Assembly (NCBI GenBank): GCA_012295275.1
Contig: CM022673.1
Span: forward strand, 10,540,001 to 10,604,000
Direction: 5' to 3'
Length of the DNA: 64,000 bases
Source of the DNA: Chrysomallon squamiferum
Taxonomy: Eukaryota > Animalia > Mollusca
Below, in pieces: positions 53,977 through 64,000 of this stretch. Position 1 is the stretch's first letter, and every line of letters begins with the position of its first letter. Below the pieces are notes generated by a model. It did no database searches and was not told where the DNA came from. It saw only the letters and a list, made by a program, of their open reading frames with translations. The translations under genes were made by a program, and so were the position numbers.

Positions 53977-56900
53977 AATAGATAAGTGTGAAAGAGAGAG
54001 AAAGTGAATGAGTGGGAAGAAGAAAGAGGTGCACAAAGAATGATGCTAAACAAAAAATCCTTTTCTTTTATCTGTTTACTTGAACATTGGTTTCACACCG
54101 GACAGTTGCGACTCTGGGGCGTTTGGTTAGAAGACCCATTTCACCAATAATACTTCCAGTGGTGAGAAAATCTACCAGCTTGTTCTCATGTTCCCTGCCT
54201 CTAACCTCAACCTGTGAGCAAAGATTTTATTTTTTATTTTTAAACTATTGTGTAGGAAAAGTATTATGAAAGAAACAAATTCAGTTAATCAATCTATAAA
54301 TTATCAACAGATTCTAAGCACCAAATGATGAATACACTTAAAATATCAATAATTATTTTAAGGAAAAAAGAATGAAAACAAAATAGTTAAAAATTAAAAA
54401 AAAAAAATTACAAGAAAATTAAAGTAAAAACTGATGAAACAAAGAGAAATGAAAAAGAAAATTTATGAAAGAATGAAAGGAGCAAAATAAAAAAAAATAA
54501 AAAAGAACGGAACAAAAATAAAAATAAAAATAAAAATAACAAAAATAAAAATAAAGTAAAAATACAGATGATAAACAAAAACAATTTAGAACTGAAAGAA
54601 AATTTAGAATGTAAATAATACTTCTTTGTAAATAGCTAAAAACCAAAACCAAATGAAAACATAAAAATAAATAAATAGTTCTCTTATAAATAGTTCCAGT
54701 CAAAAGTTACAGTAACTTTCACTTACCCTGACAAGTCCAAAAACCATGATGTAGATACCCTCCGAATGTTCTCCCTCTCTCATAATTGTGTCCCCAAAGT
54801 TGTAAGAGACAATCTTTGCTTTTGCCTACAAAAACAAAATTTTACTTATATTTAACAAAAATGTGTTAAAACAAATATTCTTTATCATGACAGAATCTAC
54901 TAGAATAAGAAAATAAAAAAAAATAAAAAAAAATAATAAATAAAATAAAAAAAAATAATAAAAATAAAAAAAATAAAAAAAAATAAAAAAAAATAATAAA
55001 ATAATAAAATAATAAATAAAATTATAAAATTATTAAAAAAAAAATAAATAAAAATAAATAAAATGCCATTCTGCATTCAGAATACTTCTGTTATTAAGCA
55101 GCCACAGTGTGCAACTAAAACATCTAAACATAAGGAAAGAAACATTTTGTTTAAAGGACTATTTTTAACTACCACTCAGTTAATGAAAGAGTGAAACAAC
55201 AGTCAACACTGCTTGGGTTATTCTTTCTACTTAGCATCAAGTATTCCTTTATATGCAGACAGGGCTACATACCTCGACCTTTGTAACATCCGCTGCAGAT
55301 TATGACAAATTATGTCTCTAACTCAAAGAAAAGCTGTAAAGAGCCTACATTTAACATAGTTGTGAAACCACTGACTAGCAATTTTAATTTTTCTAACTGC
55401 AAGAAAAGGCCACGATTAACTGAACAGATTCCTTCGACAAGACAAGTTGTTATATTCTTAACTTTGTTAGGCTATCCACATATATATCGTATGTAATGTG
55501 TAGCCTGTATATCCAGTGGACTAACCCAACCAGCCTGCCATACAAGCTGCAACTTGTAAAATAAATTTGTATTCTTAACTTTATTATTATGTTACAAAAT
55601 GATACTATCAACACACACATACACACACATGCACACTTAAGGGAAATGTAGATAATATATAAGCTTCTGTTTTGTCATGAATCTTAACCAGTATCTTTCT
55701 ATCCAATACCTTCTGTATCAAAAATCTTCAATAAAACGTTTTATGAGAATACATATAAAAACAGAGAATTTGCAGAATTGTTAACATTACCAATCTTATG
55801 TGAAGGAGAGTTAATTAAGTTAATTAATACTTTTAATTTTTTTTGATTTTTAATTTTATTTGTTATAGTTTTAATTAAAATTATATTATTACCTTAATGT
55901 AGCTAGTGATATCTTCATCATTCTGTAACCAAGCAGCACACTGTAAGACTTTGTCGACAGTGGGGGGAGAAATGCTGTGTGGGGCATTCAACAGGTGTTT
56001 CATCTTCACCTCAATCATCTGTGCAGAATTAGAGTAAAAGGTGAAATACTTGTATTTGTCATTACAAGAAATACCATGAAATCAACCAGTGAGTTATTTG
56101 TATTTGTGTGTGAGTTTATACACAGATGTGTGTGTGTGTGTGGTGTGTGTGTGTGTGTGTGTTTTTGTGCATGCAAGCATAAGTGTATGTGTTTCACTAT
56201 GGACATACATGGCAAGATTATGAATGTTCTGTGTTCTATGGGTGTTTGTTTGTATCTGTGTGTGTTTTTGTGTTAAAAGTGAGAGGTTATGCATGACCAT
56301 GGATTAGAAAAAGACCATGCAGCTTTTCACAGTTTCTGGCAAATTTTATTATAGGATCTCTTAGCATGGTCATTAGTGATGTGTGTAAGTTCAGTTTTCT
56401 TCACATCTCCTTCTGTATCACATTCAAGAGAAATATATCTTTACCAAGTACGTTATTAAATTTTTATTTTTATCTTCATGCAGACCTTTTCCAGTTTGCT
56501 TGCTTCAGAATCTTCTAGAATGCCTTCCTCTGACAGTTTTTTGGCATTGTCCCGCAGACTGTTCAGTACACTTCTGTTGGCTTGTCGAGTCTTGACGGCC
56601 AGTGCAATGTCAGGGTGTTGTTTCTGCAGCAGACCTAAATGTGTGGAAAAATCACAATGCTAAGACAGGTTTTTACTTAATGTAGCATTCAACAAAGATT
56701 TAGTCTCAGGTTGCATGGCATTATCACAAATGCTAAATGAATAAATACTGAAAAGAAATTTTAAAAAGCATTATATTAAAAAATGTAATGTAAATCTTAT
56801 TCACCAAAAAGTAGTTTTAACTGGTTTTGAATCAATATTGTTGTTAGCTGTTGTAGTGTTTTGAAAAAGAAATTTATCATCTCTCAGGACACCAAGCTTG

Positions 56901-57683
56901 ACAGAATACACAGCAGATAATCCATCAAATATCCTTCTTTTTTTTTTTTTTCTTTTGGTCAACCTAATTTTTTTTTTTTTTAATTCTTTATAATGAATCT
57001 TAATTAATTCTACCATATATAATGGTGTCAGGTCTTTCTCTCAAAACCTGGGTCACATACCCAAACACCTGATAACTTCCAGTCTGTTTTTGTCGCAGAT
57101 TTTTTCAGCTGTCTTGCAATGTCTCTGTTATCCACCAGATGATCAATGAGTTTGCGAACTTCCTCTTCCCCAATTGCAAAACCACGACCAAGATCAAACC
57201 CGTAACCAAGATGTTTCATTATTCTTCTCTTCACCAACAGTAAAAATGTAGGCATAAGAGGCTGTCAAATGAAAAAAAAAAAATATATTATTTTAAATTC
57301 CAAGTCAAATATTGTTTATTTAAAATTCCCAAAACTGTATGTCAAAAAAATATTCAAGTAGCCAAGTGAAATCTGACAGTTTGTAGATCTTTAAGCACTA
57401 CAAACTTCGTTTCAAGCAAAAAATATATATAAAAAAAGAAGATGTTGTATAAAATTTCAAACTGATTATCAGAATAAGCTGGATATGAAATATAAATGGA
57501 TTTCATATTTTGGACTTGGATCATATTCTCAGGTTATTTTCATATATTCAAGAAAAAAATGAATTGTAACTCCAAAACACTTCCAGATGAAGGATCTTAA
57601 CCTGTTCAGTGATTTCATTTAGAATGTAATACACACAACACACAGACACAAAATACACACTATGACATTGACACACGCACATG

Positions 57684-57720
<37 letters not shown>

Positions 57721-58073
57721 ATTTACACACAAAGTTTTACCTGCAGGAGTCTGAATGTCCTGACGATTCTCAGAACAATCATAAAGATGAGAGCATCTTT
57801 TACTCCCTTATGAGGTTTGTTGAGTGCCTCAAGGGTGAACTGCAAGATGATGTCTATAATACTGTGAACAATGATGACAAGAGAAAGCACTTGCCAAATT
57901 ATTTTGAAATAAGCAACTTTCTGAGTAATGAGCTGAAAGAAAGAAAATACAGACAGATGAATGGATGGATGAATCAGTTAATTAATCAAATCTAAAGTCA
58001 TTTATATTAAAAAAAAAAAAAAATGTTAAATGTCTCAAGCAAAGTTTTTAACCAGTGAACTGCAACCCAATCT

Positions 58074-58106
<33 letters not shown>

Positions 58107-61100
58107 GATGGATAAATAATATCTGAAGTAAGTCAAACTATACTGAAGTAAAAATAATGATATTCTAAATATAAACAAGGACCAAATTATATTTTTAATC
58201 AAATGTGTAAAGAACCTGAAGAAAATAGATCTTAGAAAAACTGATGCAACAAACCCCGAAAATCTTACCTTCGAAGCTGCTTCGGTTATGTAAATGAACA
58301 CAAAAAGTACATTTACCAGCTGAAGGTAAAAAGTAGCCTTTCCCACCTCTGGCAGGAACTCGGATACAATTGTTACTGTCGTGTTAACAGTGTCCAGAGC
58401 AATGACAATGAAGATGAAAATATCAAACTCTTTTCTTATAAGAAAGAGGTGCATTTTGTGTAAAAATGGCGTATTGCGGACTTCGGCTGGCTTCTGGCGA
58501 CAACCTCTTTTGAGAATTCCTTTCTGAAAAATAAATACTTTTTCAAAACCTGTAACAGATGTAGGTGTGTGATGAACAGGTAGGTAGCTGCTCACCACTT
58601 GACAAGCCAAAGAGACTGACTGTATTCATTAATGTGTTGGTTTTTTTTTGTGTGGTGTGTGTGTGTGTATGCATATGTGTACATGTGTGTGTTTAAATAT
58701 ATATACTGAAAGAGAAAGTAAATAATAATAATAACCGTAATAATAAATGTAACATAATGCTCTCAATTTTTCAATTAAATCAATCTTTCTTGAGATATTA
58801 TCTTGATTAAAAACAACAACAAACAAACAAGCAAACATACCAATTTGTCCAGCACACTTGGAACTTTCCAGGAAGCTTTTATTTCTTCAATATCAATAAA
58901 ACTGAAAATTGGAAAATAATAAAAATCAATTAATAAAAGTTTTTCATTTCATTATCTGTTAATCAACTCTTGTAATGAAATCTGACTACATTTAGCAAAG
59001 TGACTGACCAAAAAATAAAAAAAAAAATAAAAAAAAATGTAGATAAAAATAATTTTCTTTGAAAAGTTTAAAATTATTATTTCAAATAGGGAAATAGTCT
59101 TTAGCAAAAATATGTCATGAAGATCTGAATGCAGTACTTTTTGAATGGTTAGCATAATAACAGTTACACACACACACACACACACTTTTTTTATATATGA
59201 ATTCAAAACATATGATTCAAAGAATATTTATATATGTATATTCATTAGTTTTCTATGAGATATACAATATTTTGAGAAAATAAGTTATATTTTATCTAGA
59301 ATACTTTTTGTTTGTCTCAAAAGACAATCAGTGGTCATAATTATATATTTTATGTTTTGATATATTTTTTTAATTTAATAAAAACAATATATGTGTAATA
59401 TATGTGTGACATGATACATATTGTTAAGAACCACACAGATAACAAAAGAGGAAACCATCAATGTCATCTATGGGGTTACTCTTTTTCAATTAATAGCAAA
59501 GGATCTTTTATGCACCATCCCATTGACTGGAAAACACAAACCACAGCTTTTCTTAATCTTGTCTGTATTAAAATGTATATGTGTGCAAATCTCTGTGTTT
59601 GTGTACATTCATACACGTATAAAACATATACATTATAAATATACTCACGATCCTGGTTTATCTGTTGCTATTTGTGTACATTCATCCAATTTTTGAAGAG
59701 CATCTCTTGATAACATGCCTTGTTCAAACTGCCTCCAGTAACTCAACTTAAAATCAAAAAAGATTAATAAAAAAAAGAGATTATTTAACAGATCATGTTT
59801 TCTGATAAATATAATGTCAACACTGAAAATATTGTGTGTGTGTGTGAGTACAGAGAGAGAGAGAGCAGGAGGAGAGAGTAGATGGACAGATGGACTAACA
59901 TATAAATATAAACAGAGTGAGAGAAACAAACAAACTGACATTCATATTTAAAAGATAACCTATTACAGCTGCCTTCATAATTATTAAGACAAATTTTAAT
60001 TTTATATCAGTTAACAAACAGTACAAATCTGAGAATATCAGAATATTGAAAATAAATCGACAACAAAAATCAAGTACTAACCTTTTCAGCTTTGAGCATT
60101 CGTATGATGGCTTCATTGGTCATTTCAACTAGTTCTTTTTTCGTTGGCTGAGCTGGGAGCTGGGCCTCACATTCCGGACAAATAAGGTTTGGTCGGATTT
60201 CCATGCTCGCACTCTCTACAACTATCTAGAAATAATTTTAAAAGTATATTTTAATTTTTTTTTGAAATCATGCATATGTCTAAACAAATGTTTATACTAA
60301 TGCATTGTTTTAACTCTTTGGGTTCTTGTGTACCAATGTTTTTCTTAAAGCCAGTATGTACATCTATGCCATATTTTGTCCTGTGCAACAAAGAAATACA
60401 TGTATTCTGTGTTCTAGGTTTTTTTTTACACTGGCTTAAACTGAACCACTGCCTGGCTGACGGTTGCTGTTATAGGGATGTTGCTGTGACACATATATCT
60501 TCTAAAAGAGTGGTCACCTCAGGTACAATTTTCTGGTTTTTGTGGTAATTTAAAAATGGCCAAAGTTCAGTGGGTTAAGATAACTATTGAAATCATATTT
60601 TTATTGTCTTAAAAATATTTTTCTCAATTTTTGATAGCATCTTCTCTCCTAATGTTTGTAGAAACATCTCAATGAAATTTTTTAAAAGTAGAAATTGACT
60701 AAAAGCTTATGAAATGTGCAAGTGGTTTATTATTTTAATGACATTTTCAAATTACAGTTATTAGATGTCAGTCAACTGACTTTTGTGTGATACGAGAGGA
60801 AATCAACTGCTGTTATACTTTAGGCTGCTTTTACAAAGAGCAGCAAAGGATTATTTTTCTAAATATATTCCATATTGAATGTAAGGCATGCAGAATATTC
60901 AGAGAAAGAAGGAAATGAAAGAAGAAAGTTACATCCTCATCCTCTTTGCCTTTCTTATATGGATCTCCAAGCTCACAAGTCTTAGCAACCTGCTCCCAGT
61001 CAGCGTCTGCCAGGAATCTATGTAATAAAAAAAGATTTAAAATTAGGTCTAAATTGTAACGTGAACAAAAATGAAATACAATATCAGCTGAAATATATTT

Positions 61101-61183
61101 TTAAATACTACAAAATAGAAAGGCAAATTAAAAAAACCAAAAGAATGATAGAAAGCAAGAAAGCAAGAGAGAGACAGAGAGAC

Positions 61184-61258
<75 letters not shown>

Positions 61259-64000
61259 CGCTGAGAATATTTTAAAACTGTGTTTATATATTAGATTATT
61301 ACAAGAAATACACATTTTTCTGATGAATCTAATATAAAATATATCAGAAATGTTTCACTTCAGACCTATCAGTTTTCAGTACATTGAGAGTTTTCTGTTT
61401 TTGTTCCTCCAGATATCTGAGAGCACCTTCCATTGCCATCCTCTTTGCTGGGGAAATATCTCTCATCCCTTAAATAAAAAATATAAAACATTAAAATTTA
61501 AAAACATATTTAAATAAATAAAACAAATTAATAAACATAAAAAAAATGTTGTGATAATTAACATTATCATAACTGTTTACCAACAAGAATTCAGTGAACT
61601 CTATGTAATTAATTACAATTTCATATAAATAAAATGTACATAGACATACATAAGTATTAATAATCAATCTTTATATAGAAACAAAAATCGATGTTTGCTT
61701 ATAATTAACATTAGGGATCTTTTTTTAAAAAAACAAGAGAAAAGAAAAGTATTTTAGAAGCAGTAAAACTCACCCAGAATTTTTAGGAGGTAGGTTATGG
61801 TTGTTGCATTAATCATCAGAGTTAGGAATACAATGCCAGACACATGAATTAGTATCTGTAAGAATAAGAATGTTAGTTATAATTTTATAAAAACGATGTA
61901 TATTTGTAATTATTATTGTTAAATTAGTGTAAATTTTTATTTCATTATTTATTATATATATATATATATATATAAAAAAAAATTAATAAATAAATAATAA
62001 AAATTTACACTAATTTAACACTACTTATTTCAAACACACATCACTTATAAATAAATCGTTTAAATAAAAATAAAAATAAAGAACTCTTCAAGATGGGATA
62101 ACTGTGGAAATGTAACAGTAATGCAACTACCAATCTTTTAACACACTACCATGCTAACCCACTAACCCGACACTGACTCTGACAGACAGAACCCTTCTTC
62201 TATAGCTGTATGTTCAGGAAATTCATTCTCCGTACCCCTCTCTATTATATTAAAACAGTGAAATATCTTGCAAGGATACTGCTTTTACCTTTACTCGAAC
62301 TGTTTCCAGGTTCAACCTCTCTTCTTCCACAACAATCAATGCCAGTGCCAGACCAACAGCCCCCCTCAAGCCCCCCCACGTCATCACAATACCATCCTGC
62401 CAGGGCATGCCATACCCAATTCGTATCAGCACTGGACTGAGCAGGGCTATTACAACACCTCTGGCAAAACAAAATAATAAATTTTAAAAATAAACAAGAA
62501 TATAAACAATATGACAGTTGAAAAGCTCAAATAAATAAAAAAAAAACTATCCTAAAATAAAAATAAAATAATGATAATTATAATGTATATATATGTAGGC
62601 ATGTAAAACAAAACCTGCACAAACATATGAAAGACATGTATGACAGTTTTATACATATGAAAGGCACATATGCAGTTTTAAATGCACGCATAAACACATC
62701 AACTCATCCATACACCAGTTAGCACACATACACAACTCACACACACTAACTCAGTTACTAACTGAATCAGCGAGTTTATCCTAAATTTCTTCTCTTAATT
62801 AAACCAAAGGAAAATTTTAAAATGCTTTCTACTGTGTTAAATATACTAAAACAATCTGAAACATAAAATCATCAACGAGAAATACTTATTTTACCTAATT
62901 ACATTGATTCCAAAGTAGAGTGCAACCATGTAAAACCAGTCGATGCCGTGGATTTTAAACAGAGCCCGGTCAGCGATCACAACGCCCACTAAAATGAAAA
63001 TAAGTGTGTTTGCCAGATAGGCTAGCATCTCCCAAAATCTGAAAAATCGGATTAAATAATTGCTGTTTAATATCTGAAATAATTATTTTTACCTGTAGAC
63101 ATTATTTGTATTAAAAAAAACCCACCAACATCTAAATAACTAAATAAATAAATAAAATTAAAAATTTAATTTTTTCTTTTTAATATTAATAATAATAATA
63201 TTTCACATATATGCTTGGCTTGATTATCTGTAGAATATTTTAACTTCGTGTTTAACAGTGTACTTGCAGGTTAATGGCTTAAATATATTTGGTATACTAC
63301 CACTATATCTTTATTTTTGCTAATAATAAATTCTATAACAAGAACATAACAAACGTGTAATGATTTTTAGAAGATGAAACTGTACCTTACGGTAATCATA
63401 CTAAATAATAATCATAATAATAATGATGATGATGATGATGATAATAATGGTGATGATAATAATCATAATAATAATGTTGTTGTTGTTGTTATTGTTGTTG
63501 TTGTGCTGCTACTCTTTTTATCTTCTTCTTCTTCATATTATTATTATTATTGCCATATACTCAGTTTGTCAATGTTTGTTAACATTTCCATATATAAAAA
63601 TGTTGTCAGACTACTCTTTAATATTTATCTGTTGACTCACCTATGCAAAAACAGTTCAACTTCGGGACTAATGCAGGTCCTTTTACTACCAATAGTTATA
63701 CCAAGGATGACAACTGCCAGCACACCAGAAATTTTGAAGAATTCTTCTGCTGCAAAAGCCAGAAATAACAGAAAATTTTATATCTTACTCTCCATTTTAG
63801 AGTCAGTCCAGATATAGGAACATGCTTATAAAACAGCACAACTACAGAGTTTCTTACCAATGTAGAATGTAAGGTAAGTTGATGAAAGGGTAATCGTGAT
63901 TTCTACAATGGCATCATTGAAGATTCTAGAGAGCCAGAATATTGTGATTTCTGCCATAAGAAAACCAAATGCTGGACCACCAATAGCAACACGCATGAAG
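50042..64000 (-). CDS. SLC9C1: SLC9C1/sNHE-like Na+/H+ exchanger (CPA1 domain + voltage-sensing domain + CNBD), 5'-partial, one apparent frameshift
   Basis: 23 exons: 64000-63858 (partial), 63749-63641, 63038-62895, 62460-62289, 61855-61774, 61468-61366, 61017-60933, 60225-60082, 59746-59649, 58901-58841, 58523-58269, 57932-57741, 57261-57061, 56634-56486, 56018-55893, 54825-54727, 54211-54080, 53523-53383, 52859-52751, 52389-52307, 51728-51558, 50999-50929, 50630-50042. Motifs: ISGVLAVV, FWEMLAYLANTLIF, WGGLRGAVGLALAL, FLADADWEQV, SYWRQFEQGML, S4 LRIVRTFRLL, CNBD IGEMGLLTKRPRVATVRCET. All phases fit except exon 57261-57061, which is 1 nt short. Confidence 0.93.
53640..53840. repeat. ~32-34 bp purine-rich minisatellite flanked by (GA)n tracts
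   Basis: Repeating gagaaagagaaagggagagagaataagaga(c/t)t unit. Confidence 0.85.
55130..55292 (+). mobile_element. Degenerate SINE-like dispersed repeat in an SLC9C1 intron
   Basis: aaggaaagaaacattttgttt...gggttattctttctacttagcatcaag...tatatgcagacagggctacatacc; same family core. Confidence 0.5.
59400..59552 (+). mobile_element. Degenerate SINE-like dispersed repeat in an SLC9C1 intron
   Basis: catattgttaagaaccacacagat...gaggaaacc...ggggttactctttttcaattaatagcaaaggatcttttatgcaccatccc; same family as 27525-27785. Confidence 0.65.
61917..62020. repeat. Perfect 25 bp inverted repeat around a (TA)n spacer
   Basis: tgttaaattagtgtaaatttttatt (61917-61941) is the exact reverse complement of 61996-62020. 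Confidence 0.95.

Overview
AT-rich, microsatellite-dense animal genomic DNA with spliceosomal introns. The repeat content suggests a gastropod mollusc (inference). Almost all entries in the ORF track are microsatellite noise; the real genes had to be assembled by hand from splice sites. Four protein-coding genes are supported: (1) the 5' end of liprin-beta (PPFIBP-like, minus strand, continuing past position 1), with a candidate 21-nt microexon and candidate alternative first exons; (2) a small 6-coding-exon plus-strand gene (about 34.9-37.8 kb), essentially missed by the ORF track, encoding a DDI1/NRIP2/NRIP3-type retropepsin-fold protein whose catalytic D[ST]G motif is replaced by S-T-C (a candidate pseudo-protease); (3) a complete 11-exon CYP20A1 (plus strand); (4) the 3' part (23 exons) of an SLC9C1/sNHE voltage- and cyclic-nucleotide-regulated Na+/H+ exchanger (minus strand), with an unusual voltage sensor and a 1-nt frameshift in a homopolymer run. 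Non-coding structure includes a ~200 bp intronic duplication, degenerate tandem arrays (one built from a splice donor), hairpins, dispersed SINE-like relics, CAGGTR clusters, RFX X-boxes and a CpG-depleted/CpG-retaining boundary. Homologue sequences quoted are from memory and were not searched.
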